Source: Azolla caroliniana (taxonomy: Eukaryota; Plantae; Polypodiophyta). From it: a stretch of 64,000 nt of DNA. A program made the position numbers and the translations under genes. Below the pieces are notes generated by a model that saw only the letters and a program-made list of their open reading frames with translations, searched no databases and had not been told where the DNA came from. The DNA lies in assembly GCA_043228905.1 (NCBI GenBank), contig JBHGNT010000004.1:5580001-5644000 (forward strand), in the 5' to 3' direction. Positions 35,006 through 47,100 of the stretch are shown here, one piece after another. Numbering within the stretch: position 1 is the first letter of the stretch; each line of letters opens with the position of its first letter.

Positions 35006-35469
35006 TGTGTTGGCCGGCAAAGACTTAAAAGTCGGATAAGGTCTAGAATGGGAAAGGGATAATTAATCTATAATTATTATTATTTTGAGAAATGAATGGA
35101 CGGACTCGGAATCGGTATGCCGATCCGGATCCGGACCAATTCGTAGCCGGTTGTCGGTCGGCTCCGGTTCGCACCCAGGGTCGGTGACCTATAAAAGGAC
35201 CCGGTTAGATTGTAATTAATTAGTGGTTTATTAATGAAAGTGTTGTTCTGCTACATCTTGTTAATCTGTGAAGCTTTTAGTTAATTACCATTTTGTACTT
35301 AATATAATCTATCTTACGCGTGTATTATGATCATTAACCACGCCGGTTAATAACTGGTTAGGAATACGTTTGCATTACGGTCTGCGCCTACCCCACTTGC
35401 TCCACCCTTTGGTGAAGTATCCTAGAGGGACACCCTATGTTAGGGCTAGTCCGGCCCCAAGAGGTAACA
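35006..35469 (+). repeat. 3' LTR of the non-chromovirus gypsy
   Basis: Shares GGCCGGCAAAGA, GAATCGGTATGCCGATCCGGATCCGGA and CCACCCTTTGGTGA..GGACACCCT.TGTTAGG..GTCCGGCCC..TAACA with solo LTR 42334-42802 (reverse strand). The 5' boundary is approximate. Confidence 0.8.
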
Positions 35470-36105
35470 GGAGAGTTGTGAGCCGTTCCGACAGGAAATC
35501 GATATGGTCGGTAATCCGACTCGAATGGAAGACAATCCGACCGGTATTCTGGCCCAAACGAAAGAAAAACCGAACGGGAGCCGATCAACTGGGCCCAACC
35601 CGAAAGGGAGCCAATTCCGTTGAATGCAAATACAGAAGAAGGCCGACCGAGCTGAAAATCGATCGGTCGAGATTGATCCGGACAAGGGCTAAGCCAGCCT
35701 AACCAAAGATCGAGGAGAATAAGCCATAACACCCGGTTCAAGCCTGTGAGCACGAGGAGGAGGCCAAGCGGGCACAATGACTAGGACTCAGAGGAAGATC
35801 GAGAACGAGAAGAACCCTCCACACCTACTCTTGAGACTTTGACGGTTGCGGATCGATGTAAGACCGAAGAGACGGCGGGTGGCGACGAGAAGTTGGCAGG
35901 CCGAGCGGATTCAAGAAGTGTTCGTCGGGAGGAAACAACGATTACGGAGGCTATAGCAAACGCCAACAAGGATGATGGAGCGACGGTACACAAGGAAGGG
36001 CGAAACGAGAAGTGTGCAATTCAATCACGTAAGGGCCTAGAGACGGGCACATATTTGAATGAGGTCTACGTCGACATACGGGTAGAGCCTTTGGAAGGCA
36101 AGCGT

Positions 36106-36348
36106 TGTCGTGTGGTTTTTCACACACGATATGAAAACTAGTAAAACAATTACTTAAGATTAGCTTAATGTATTCATATAGATAAATGTCATGTGTTTTT
36201 TCACACACGATATGAAAACTAGTAAAACAATTACTTAAGATTAGCTTAATGTATTCATATACATAAATGTCGTGTGTTTTTTCACACACGATATGAAAAC
36301 TAGTAAAACAATTATTTAAGATTAGTTTAATGTATTCATATAGATAGA
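36106..36348 (+). repeat. 3 x 81-bp tandem repeat of the LTR 5' terminus
   Basis: Units start TGTC at 36106, 36187 and 36268. Confidence 0.92.
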
Positions 36349-36635
36349 TGTCTTCAAGAGCTTCATAGTGTATTTTACTACGCATGAAACGGATAAACAA
36401 GTATTAAGTTATGTGAGTGTGAAGTTTGAAGAAGAAGAAAGAAAAGACAAAATTGTAAGATATCCCACATAGATAGGACAACATTGGAACCCAGGATATA
36501 TAAGGGAAACCAAAACATATTCATTCTATCAATGTGTGGAGTATAAAATGTTCAAGGTGACGTGGGCTACATTGTGTGGTGTGCATGCTTTGGGTGGATG
36601 TGCATGCTTTGGGTGGATGTGCGTATGCATGGTCA

Positions 36636-37207
36636 TGTTAATGCTTTGGGCGTATGCGCTTGTGCATGGCTACGTGTACGTTTTCAAATGTACACGTGTG
36701 TGCAAGTTTCGGGCGTACACGTGCACGGACGCATATGTGTGAACGAGCGCGCGGATGCGTACACGGCGCAGTCAGGACATGTGCATGTGTGGATACGTAC
36801 ACTACACCACGGTCGGGACTTTTGCGCGCAGACGCGTGTGTGCGAACAAGGCGCAGATGCGTACACAGCGCAGTCGGGACGTGCACATGCGTAGATGCGT
36901 ACACTGCGTGGTCGAGACTTTTGTTAATGCTTTGGGCGTATGCGCTTGTGCATGGCTACGTGTACGTTTTCAAATGTACACGCGTGTGCAAGTTTCGGGC
37001 GTACACGTGCACGGACGCATATGTGTGAACGAGCGCGCGGATGCGTACACGGCGCAGTCAGGACATGTGCATGTGTGGATACGTACACTACACCACGGTC
37101 GGGACTTTTGCGCGCAGACGCGTGTGTGCGAACAAGGCGCGGATGCGTACACAGCGCAGTCGGGACGTGCACATGCGTAGATGCGTACACTGCGTGGTCG
37201 AGACTTT
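36636..37207 (+). repeat. 2 x 286-bp near-perfect tandem duplication rich in alternating purine-pyrimidine
   Basis: Units start TGTTAATGCTTTGGGCG at 36636 and 36922; ORF-track duplicates are offset by 286. Confidence 0.93.
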
Positions 37208-39747
37208 TGCGCGCGGACGCGTCTACAGTTTGGTTGTGACGCACGTATGAATCGCGCACGAGCTAAACTTTATGGATGATTGGGTCATTTGGCCAAATTA
37301 TACGGACGGTCGCATGCAACTAAAAGCCAAGGCCATGCAAATAAAAGTAAAATGCATGCATCTAAAAATAAAGGCCATGCAACTAAACGTGGACATGCAA
37401 AGTAACATTGGGAAGGAGGATCAACAAAGAGTTTAATATATGTTCCATTTTTTTCCCTCTACTTTTTTTTTCCCACTTCCTTCTTCTTCTTCTCTCTCAC
37501 ATTTCCTTGGGGAACAAATTATCTCTTAGATTGATATCAAACTCTTGGCTTGGCTTGCCTAATCTTTCTTGACAAAAATTATCTCTCATATTCATATTGG
37601 ACCACTCCTTACATGGCTATTGGCTCCTTTCTTTAAAAAAAATTATCTGTCATTTTCATCTCCAACCCGTTGTAACAAGATTCTTGAATTATAAAAGAAT
37701 CTATTTTCTTATGCAATAAACTAACGTTTTCTCTCATCTACTCGTCTTATATGTGAATTGCTTGTGTTGTATGTGTTGCACTAAATCCTTCCAGTCCAGA
37801 ACCCCGGCAATTCCGCCTCACGATCCGCACATAGTGACGGATTTTCGCGACAACGTGGAATGGAGGGAGACGGCACGCCGAGGTGCTTGGGACAAAGAGA
37901 CGATCGGTTCGAAGGAGGGACATGAGGTGCACAAGGGATGGTATCTGACATGTGGTTGGAGTGGTCGGGAGTCCAACCGTAGGTCATGTGCAGAGGACAA
38001 AGGAAGAACGATCGGATCAGTGACATTGTTCGGGAGGTCTACTACAATCGATCAGGGAGGAAGGTGCGAACACCGGATATGGTGGATCGGATGGAGCCGA
38101 TGGTTTGAGGACATGTGGCGGACATGGTGGATCGAGAGGCTACGGTGGTTTGTATGGAAAGGATGGGCATGCTTGAAGTCGAAAACTAAGTCGGGCAAGG
38201 TCAACGAGGATGTGAAGGAACTTGGTTGATCACTATTGCCGAAAATCTCACCTCTTCCCCTTTCTTAGCACATACCAGTGGATGTGGGGTTTGGTGGGGG
38301 TGGATGTCGTGAGGATTTTCAGCTATGGTGAGAAAACCCGAGCGGGATGGATAAAACGGGATGTGCAACATTGCACATGCACATAGTAAATTTGTGAAAT
38401 AAGAATAAGAAACAAATGTAAGGTGCTAAAAGTGCACTACAAAGTTCATGACGTGTAAATGTGATGTGCAATTATGTGCACATGCACATGTAGACTAAAC
38501 GGGAGTACGTGGAAGTATGGGTGTAGTGAGTAGTGGGCATGGTTGTGTGTGTATGAGAGGAGAGGGAGTTAAGGCCCCATCAATCTGTTCTCCTAAGATC
38601 AAGGCAAATATTCCCCATTAAAAGAGGGGAATATTTGGCCTCTTCTTTTGTAATGAACCTCACTCTTTCTACTATAAAAAGGAGTGAGGGGTCACCATTG
38701 GGAGGGTCGCCATTTTGTCATTTTGAGGTAGTCGGTTGGGTTTTAGTTATTCTTATCCCATTTCGTTTTAGGATTTTGCTTCTAGGTTCCACTCTCCATC
38801 ATTTCCTTTCATTAGGGTTTAGTTCTTCTTCTTCTTCTCCTTATCGAGTTAGGTTTTGTCTAGCGGTGCTTTAAGTTCGGCCTATATGGCCACGGTTGTA
38901 AATCATGTGGGGTTTGTAATACAATTTGTTTGATGAATCTCCTCTTGATCTAGCCCTTAATCTTTCTAATCTTTGCACATTGTTCCTCCCCCTTTTGTGC
39001 TCGGAGGCTCGGTTAAGCTCCCTATTTTCTTTCCCTTCTCTTATCCCTAGTTTATGACCCCAATGGTGCCGCCCGGATCCGACAACGCTACAATGAAAGT
39101 TTGATAACCTTCAGGGGCCCTCTGACGCGAGTGAAGAAGCTAGATACTACATCCTGCTAAAATGGAGAGGTGTTCCGATGCTACATATGGTGGATGGCAA
39201 TGCAAAGTGGATTTATCAGCCACCCTGGTGGTTGTTTCCTCCAAGGGTACCAAACATAGTGGTGGGTGTTGAATTGTAGAGATTGGAGGATGTCTTTGCT
39301 GAATGTGGGTTGTTTGAGGCTCATGTTGAGGGGATTATGTCGAGTAATACTATGATGAGGCTTTGTTGCTTCATTTATACATGTGTCACATACGTAGACA
39401 AGGGCAAGGACAAGTAGGCGAGCTCAATATTAACAAAGAGAGAAAGATAGATATATAGATAGAGAGGAGTGTAGACAAGAGAACAAGAGAGAGAGCGAGG
39501 GTAGACAAAAGAGCGAGAACTAAATTATGCTTCCGTAACTGGTGTTGTTCACCTTGATTGTAATCAAGGTGCCCCGAAGTATTTATACAAGAATGTGGTG
39601 GTATGCATGTAAGCTAGGAAACATCAAGAGAATGCATGGAAACTTCTAGAGAGTGCATGTCTATGCATTCTCTAGAAGTTTCTTGAAACTTCTAGTGATT
39701 AACTTACAATGTAATAAGTTGAAACTTATACAATACAATAATGCATA

Positions 39748-39822
39748 GATGGAATGTAGCTCAATTGGTAAGATTGCCCAATAAGACCAAGGGGTCATGG
39801 GTTCAACCCCCTACATTCCATC
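39748..39822 (+). ncRNA. tRNA-like (Pol III A/B box) cassette in the chromovirus U3; more decayed copy at 44334-44407
   Basis: TGGAATG TAGCTCAATTGGTA ... GGGTTCAACCCCC TA CATTCCA, with a 12-bp terminal inverted repeat GATGGAATGTAG/CTACATTCCATC. Confidence 0.6.
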
Positions 39823-39879
39823 GTGTCTATGATATTATCCTCCCTCTAAGGCCGTCTCTTAGGACTCGAGGATAGCTAA

Positions 39880-40047
39880 TGTGGGTATTGTTGATGAAAA
39901 TCACGAATGGCCTCTGGAGCATTTTGTAAATGTGTAATTGGTTCCCATGTGGCATCCGAAATGGGGTAACCTTTCCATAAGACCAAATATTGGAGTTGTC
40001 GACGACGATATCGAGAGTCGAGGATTTGGTCAACCTCATATTCTTCG
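39880..40047 (-). other. Chromodomain at the integrase C-terminus
   Basis: EEYEVDQILDSRYRRRQLQYLVLWKGYPISDATWEP; the aromatic-cage Y/W/Y residues are retained. Confidence 0.92.
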
Positions 40048-42333
40048 CCCGTCGACAATTCCATAGGTGGCGGTGGAGGAGGGTGTCGTCCTGGAATTCG
40101 AGAAGGATGGTAGAGTTCGAGGAGGGAAACGTGAAAAACATCGTGAATCCTGAATGTTGGAGGGAGTGCTAACCGGAAGGCGACTGGGTTGATCCACTCG
40201 ATGATATGAAAGGGGCCTAGTCTTTTGTAGTCCAATTTAGCACAAGGACGTGTGGTGGCGATGTGACGACATAACAACCAAACCATGTCGCCGATTGCAA
40301 ACGTTGGTGCAGCTAAGCGATGTCGGTTCGCTTGATCTTTATAGTGGTCACCAACAACACAGAGCTCCAAGGAGAGGTCACAATGGACATCGTGTAAAGC
40401 GCGGGCATGTGTCTCTACCGAAGGATTGACCGAAGTTGCAGGAATGGAAATGTTGAAACGAGGGTGAAATCCATAGTTTGCAAAGAAGGGGGAAACCTTA
40501 GTCGAAGCATGGATACTATTATTGTAAGCAAATTCCTCCATTGCAAGGAAGTTCACCCAATCCTCCTGTTGGTAGCTCACGGTACACCGAAGGTATTGTT
40601 CGAGGATTTGGTTGACTTGCTCCGTTTGTCCATCAGTTTGAGGATGGTATGCTGAGGACAATTTGACAGAAGTCCCGAATGTTTGTAGAAGTCGTCGCCA
40701 AAAGTGGGAAATGAACTGAGAACCTCGATCAGAGATGATATCCTCAGGTAAGCCATGTAATCAAACAACATTTTTAAGAAAAAGATCAGTTGTCTCTTCC
40801 CCGTAAATGGTTTTGGAACATGGAATAAAGTGAGCCATCTTCGAAAACCGATATGACTAGCATCGTGTCATGTCCACCAACCAAAGGGAGGTCGGTGATA
40901 AAGTCCATGGATAGAGAGACCCATGGTCGACGTGGAATGGGGAGCGGGTGGAGAAGACCATATGGCTGATGGTGAGGCGTTTTGGACCGAGCACATCCAT
41001 CAGATGTCTTGATAAATTCCTTGACAAATTTCCAAGGTTGGGGCCACCAAAACCCTCGAGATAGCAATTCTAGGGTTTTCGTAACCCCAAAGTGGCTGGC
41101 AAGAGGATCATCATGACAGTTTTGTAGAACCCGTGTACGACATGAACCTTCGGGAATGTACAAGAGATGATTATGATATAGTAACCCATCCCGGGTTGTA
41201 AATTGGTTGAGATATGAGCTTTTCCTGTTCAGAGATGGATCATTAATGCGGCCCATGATTTCTTTGGTGAATGGGTCTGACACGGTTGTCGTGGGGATCT
41301 CGTTGAGCAAAGAATCATCATGTAACATGCAGGTGGCGAACATTTGAAGTTGATCGGGTCGCAACAAACAATGAGATTGTTGTGAATATGCATCATCTCC
41401 TAGGCGCAATGCAAAATCAGGTCGTCGAGAGAGGGCATCAGCTTTCCCATGTTGATCTCCGAGTCGAGATCTCAAAGTCGTAATCGGCGAGAAAAGATGA
41501 CCATCAGGCTTGACTCCAATTCAATGTACGACTGGTGGTGAAGTAAATTAGATTTTTGCGGTCACTCAGCACCTAGATGCGATGTTGGGCCCCATCCAAA
41601 TAGGGTCGCCATTCGGTGAAGGCAGATATGATTGTTGCCAGCTCCTTGTTCTAGACTGGATAATTGATTTCCGAGGCGGTAAACTTCCGAGAGTAGAAGG
41701 CAATAGGACGTAGTGTGCCCTCGTCGTCTGGTTGGGACAGGACAACTCCAATGGCAAAGTCGGAGGCATCGGTTTCGACTTGGAAGGGCCTTGTGGGGTC
41801 GGGGTGGACCAACACTGGGGCTATGAGAAAAGCTGCCTTGAGGGCATCAAAAGCACGTTGCGCCACAAAGGTCCAAAGAAATGGAGTATCTTTTATTGTA
41901 AGGATGATTAGAGGTTGTACTAAAGACGAAAAACCATTGATAAATCGTCGATAGAAATTTGCAAAACCAAGAAATGATTGTACCTCTTTCAACCGAGTAG
42001 GGACAGGCCAATCGGTGATTGCCGCTACCTTGCGTGCATCCATTGTGATTCCGGAGGGTGAAATCACGTAGACTAGGAATTCGACAGAGGTCTGAGCGAA
42101 TTCACATTTCTCACTTTTGGCGTAAAGTCCATGTTCCCGAAGTTTGGATAGGACCAATTGGACGTGTCTGGTGTGCTCCTCTATGTTGGAAGAAAAAACT
42201 AAAATGTCGTCAAGGTAGATCACCACGAAGTGATCAAGATACTCCCGAAATATATTGTTCATCATGTGTTGAAAGACCGTAGGGGCGTTGGTGAGACCAA
42301 AAGGCATCACCTTGTACTCGAAATGTCCATAGT

Positions 42334-42802
42334 TGTTATTGCTAGGGCCGGACAACAGCCTAACACAGGGTGTCCACTTAAGACACGTCACCAAAGGGTG
42401 GTACGGCAGAATGACTTACAGCACAACGCTTAATTAGACCTTAATCGATTACTTAGCCATCCGTAATTAACACGCGTAGGATATGACAATAATCACAGAA
42501 CGGTAATCAACACTTGAAGATTAAGACCATAAGCTTTATTAATTATCCGCTCCTGATTACATTGTAACCGGGCCTTTATATAGGTCTCCGGTGCGAAATA
42601 CAAAACGGTGCCAAACGGCACCTTTACGGAATCATTCCGGATCCGGATCGGCATACCGATTCTGGTCCGTCCGTCCACATCTTCTTATATAATAATATGT
42701 ATATATTAAGACTACTAATTCCAATAGTTCCCAAATAACTATTCCTTCACACTTTGGTTTGGAGTTTGGACCTCCTTTAGCCTTCTTTGCCGGCCGGTAA
42801 CA
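42334..42802 (-). mobile_element. Solo LTR (469 bp) related to the non-chromovirus gypsy LTR, inserted in the chromovirus RT
   Basis: TGTTA..TAACA termini; TSD ATAGT/ATAGC (one mismatch). Removal restores AFRTRY|GHFEY. Confidence 0.9.
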
Positions 42803-43921
42803 ATAGCGTGTTCGGAAGGCCGTTTTCCACACGTCGCCTAGCTTGATACGCACCAGATTGTAGGCTCCTCGAAGGTCGATTTTGGAGAAGATACGCTCGG
42901 TTTGAAGTCGATCAAGAAGTGTTGGAATTAAAGGCAAGGGGTAACGATTACGTACCGTAATTTTGTTGAGACCCCGATAATCCACACAGGCGTAATGAAT
43001 CATCCTTCTTCTTGACAAATAAGATTGGGGCTCCATCTGATGATTTGGAGGGTTGAATGAAGCCCTTGCTTGGCGAGGTTTTCATCCAGATATGTGTGAA
43101 GGGCCTCAAGTTCAGGTTCAGATAGCCCATAGATGTGCCCAAATAGTGGGTGTGTGCCATCTTGGGGTTTGATTGGGCAATCATAGGGGCAATGTGCCGG
43201 CAACCGGTCTGCATTTCGCTTTTCGAACACGTCCAAAAAATCGCTATATCTTGCGGGCAAATTAGTGACAAAAGTAGGGACGCCTTGTGACACAACGAGC
43301 ACGGAAGTGACCACGCTAGAATCGGCCACAACGGAATCGGCAACGTCGGAGACTGAGTTGAAATCAGAAGAATGTGCACCCAAGTTGAAAGCAGCCCCCA
43401 CACAAGTAATAGTGTTTGTGGAAATTTGATGAAGTGGTTACACCAATCCACCATCGGATTGTGTGTTTCTATCTCTCTGAATGTGGCTTCGAGCTCCACA
43501 AGGAAGGTAGGAAAGTTGTCTAGGAGGGGTGATGAGGTCTCGATCAATGGTGCAAACCACGCTTGTGTCGGCCCAGAGAGAAAGCTGCCAACAAGGCCGA
43601 CCCGAGAGAAATCACTAGCATAACGTTGGGGTTGTAAGCGGATGATAAGCCGAATTTGATTGATGAGGCCACGAAGATGCGCCCTCGAGCCATTGAATTT
43701 GTCAGGTAGGTTGACGTTAGGTTCGAGGACATATGAATGGGAAGAGGAAGGGGTTGGGTTAGATGTTGACGGAAGGTGAGGTTCAACGGGTGAAGGATTG
43801 TTGGATGTGCTATTTTGAAGCTCTCACAATGACTAGCGATGGCTTTCATTTTCTAATTGAAGTTGCTCCAAGGTTGCCACTACTTGGTTTAAGGCCAAGT
43901 TGGACATGGTAACAAGAAGGG

Positions 43922-44032
43922 AAGGTGAACAAACTGTCACGGGCGTAGACGAGAGCAAGACAAGTAGGCGAACTCAATATTAACAAAGAGAGAAAGATAT
44001 ATATATAGATAGAGAGGAGCATAGACAAGAGT

Positions 44033-44090
<58 letters not shown>

Positions 44091-44173
44091 AAGGGAGAGC
44101 GAGAACTAAATTATGCTTCCGTAACTGGTGTTGTTCACCTTGATTGTAATCAAGGTGCCCCGAAGTATTTATA
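43922..44173 (-). promoter_or_regulatory. Chromovirus TATA box, predicted transcription start and self-complementary PBS
   Basis: On the minus strand, TATAAATA (44173-44166) is followed 32 nt later by AAGGTGAACAA (44141-44131). Its complement TTGTTCACCTT (43932-43922) lies 2 nt after the LTR. Confidence 0.75.
44036..44088. repeat. (GA)n microsatellite expanded in the 5' LTR only
   Basis: About 26 units here versus about 5 at the matching site near 39487. Confidence 0.9.
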
Positions 44174-47100
44174 CAAGAATGTGGTGGTATGCATGTAAGC
44201 TAGGAAACATCAAGAGAATGCATGGAAACTTCTAGAGAGTGCGTGTCTATGCATTCTCTAGAAGTTTCTTGAAACTTCTAGTGATTAACTTACAATGTAA
44301 TAAGTTGAAACTTATACAATATAATAATGCATAGATGGAATGTAAGTCAATTGGTAAGGTTGCCCAATAAGACCAAGAGGTCATTGTTCAACCCCCTACA
44401 TTCCATCGTGTCTATGACAACATGTCGTTTTCTTGTAGCCATGCAAATTGGCTTGTAACATATGAGTTGTATATTATCCTATGTACTTTTTCTTAACTAA
44501 TGGAAGTAGTAATGTTTTTTGGGAAAAAAAAAAACTTCGAGAAATCTAGAGGTCAAGAATTTGAGACTTGAGATTTTGTTACCCATTTTAGCGGTATTCT
44601 TAAAGCTATAAACATAAAATGGTTAGCTTGGAGAAACCAAAAACTAATTGTGCTTATCAATAGACTAGATTTGCCTCCCGAGTATAATAGCATACATACA
44701 ACGATGTGTATTTTCTATATTTCCACATAATGGGCATATTAGAGCATCCATTCAACAATGTGCATTTTCCATATTCCACATAATGGGCATATTAGAGAGA
44801 TTACAAACAAAACATGCTAGTGATTCAACAAGGTTGTCCATTTGTATGCACCTTCTACAAAGCGATTTAGTTCTCAATTTAGACTTTATTATAAAAAAGC
44901 AAGACAAACAAACTTTGAATGATGATTTTGTGAGCCTTATTTTTGGATAAAACAAAAATGATGTATCACTTGTTTTTAGACTTGGTTTGAATAAGGCAAG
45001 GTAAATCGTCTTTGAACGATGCCCAAAAAACAATTGGTGGTCGTTGTTTTTGTAGAATACTGTAAGTAAATTCTAACATCCCATAACATATAACATAGTA
45101 TGCCTTCATCATATTTATAATATGAAATAATGCTTCTCACCTACATAACCCTCTTCTTTTCCCATAGTCCTTGGTAAAGAGCCAAATAAACCTTAGGCTT
45201 TAAATGTCTTCCACATACATGCCTATAGTTTGTAATATTCGCATACATCCAATTTAGTAACATACATTCATGTGCGTATGATACGTGATATTCGTTTCCT
45301 TTTTCTTGCCTTTTGGGTTTTTTTTTTATATACGCGCATCGCAAGTTTGAGATGGACGAAACGAACAAGGCGCGCGACCTCCACTCGCGGCTGGACCAAC
45401 CGATCATGTTCATCTTCTGGTCCATCTCCTTTTCTGCAGAAGATGAACATGACAACAACCATGATGATGATGATGGTGGAGCAACAACCATGGCTCCTTC
45501 TTACTACCTCCTTCTTAAATATAAATATGGACGAATGGATTTTAATCATAATTGGAGCCATTTCACGTGTGAGTATGACACGAATGGGAAGTATGGCTCG
45601 AACTATGTACATGCCCAACACACTTTAATGCACTTGTACGATGTTCTTTCACTTCGTAGTAATGTGTTGTGTTTGTGATAAAAAGACCATATTAACTACC
45701 AAGGAAAACCCTTTAGCTTCAACATAAATATGGTTGCCTTAATTGTCATTGATAATCTATCCTTCAGTTGCCCCCAAACATATCTTTCCATAATGCCAAT
45801 GGGATTATAAACATGGACATGCACACTAGTTGCATAACCATAGATACACATATTATGATTAATTATATCCATTTAAATGTGATGAAAGCAATGAAGAATA
45901 ATGTGCTCAATAGTAATTTAGATAAAATCTAAGATGGATAATTGGTTACATCTATAATATGCAATGAAAGCAATTGAAAACAATCTATTCAAGAAATATT
46001 TCTATAAATATAAGTCGGAATTATCCATTAAATGGGATGGCATCAATTGAAAAGATTGTGGTCAACAAACAATTAGACAAATACAAGTTGCATTCTTTGT
46101 GCTCAATGAGGAAAGAAGATTAACAACATTCGTACATGTAATTGAGGACAACCCGTACATGCACGAAGTGTGTGGAAAGCATAAAGATAATCCCGTTTAA
46201 TGTTGAAGGGTGAATGTTTAACTAAGAATGGTCCGATGCATCTTTGTTTCATTCTCAACACTAATACACGTCTTGTCATACTTCCATTTAGTTTTGGTGC
46301 TACGAATTTAGTGATATTATCCCTCTTATTGTAGAGAGGTAGTATACAAAACCTTAAAAGCTACATGCAATTAACTAACATTATTCCTAGTATTCAAAGA
46401 AATCTACGTATGAAGTTTACAATATATTTAAAATTCTTTTTTGGAAATATTATATATATATTTATTTATTTATTTATTTAAAATTCTTATTGATATTTCC
46501 ATCTTATCGTTATTTTACTCTCTTCCAAAGCTTCACCGATTTCATCTCACAAAAAAAGAGCAATGTGTCACATTGTGCCATACACCTAATGTCTAGTTAT
46601 TTTATTGATAAAATCATATTAGTAGTGGGAAACCTTAATATGAGGTTGAACATTTCTTTTGCAAGGAAAACTTTAACAAATTGTCGTGAACTTGGGATAA
46701 TCATGCACATCACAAGCACTTATCCTGTCACGCCCATGAACTAAAAATAACCAAAAGTTAAGTAGCCAACTCATAAGCATTGGATCAATTGGATTTAATC
46801 GAATAGCACGCACTCGCAAGACACCTCATTTCTAGTACCTATAACACATGTTGAGATACAAGGCATGTGCTTACTTGATTCATACTTTTAATAAAAAATG
46901 CATACAAAAAAATCATACCTCAAAGTAAGAGCTCTTATAATGATCCCAATTTCGTGGTGGACGATGAGTGTCAATGTGAAAAGTCATATCCCAAATCAAG
47001 TAGGGCATCCTTGCTATAATGGTCCCTTTAGGTGAAATATACGATTTCTAACATTTAGAAACTTGTATCACAAAGTAATTGTTTGAGAGTCGTAGAGATG

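Larger units (their letters stand above)
3600..35469 (+). mobile_element. Degenerate non-chromovirus Ty3/gypsy element (gag-PR-RT-RH-INT plus extra 3' ORF); 5' LTR missing; hosts nested insertions
   Basis: Domain order is gypsy-like. Frames rejoin across the insertions (KNVI|TFRRGK at 5709/10403; GIQH|VVADYLS at 12144/30925). 3' LTR at ~35006-35469. Confidence 0.9.
36106..37852 (+). mobile_element. Solo LTR (1747 bp) of the Trp-PBS family, expanded by tandem repeats
   Basis: TGTCGTG...CGCGACA termini. Flanks GCGT (36102-36105) and ACGT (37853-37856). The host rejoins as GGAAGGCAAGCGT|GGA, matching copy A at ~26113. Confidence 0.82.
35470..39092 (+). mobile_element. 3' half of an older Trp-PBS-family element (copy C) with 3' LTR 38305-39092
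   Basis: Interior aligns with 25255-26400 (PSTPTLETL, RIWWIGWSRWF..WKGWACLKSKTKSG). PPT-like GGTGGGGGTGGA precedes the LTR. The LTR is similar to 30235-30920. Confidence 0.8.
39384..44419 (-). mobile_element. Degenerate Ty3/gypsy chromovirus (Tcn1-like), both LTRs present
   Basis: TSD ACATG at 39379-39383 and 44420-44424. LTRs 43935-44419 and 39384-39834; PPT AGAGGGAGGATAA. RT (VVIYLDDIL), RH (ETDASDFAIG), INT (SMDFITDLP, HPQTDGQTE). Deletion across the gag/PR junction at ~43475. Confidence 0.95.

Noticed and set aside
36106-36348. CRISPR-like regularly spaced hairpin repeats
   Set aside because: Whole 81-bp units are repeated with no unique spacers, the context is a eukaryotic LTR, and there are no cas genes.
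36536-37259. Overlapping Cys/His/Arg-rich ORFs
   Set aside because: By-products of stop-poor alternating purine-pyrimidine repeats inside an LTR.
39093-39378. Possible coding remnant flanking the chromovirus
   Set aside because: Plus-strand translations show no recognisable family.
39748-39822. Functional tRNA gene
   Set aside because: The D-stem and anticodon arm do not pair properly and it lies inside LTRs; kept only as a tRNA-like cassette.
45141-45678. Several ~120-aa ORFs on both strands
   Set aside because: Driven by a GAT/CAA microsatellite-like tract; no recognisable motif or splice structure.
46760-46900. Possible SWIM/MULE transposase trace (VSCECVLF on the minus strand)
   Set aside because: A single short motif with no supporting frame or terminal repeats.
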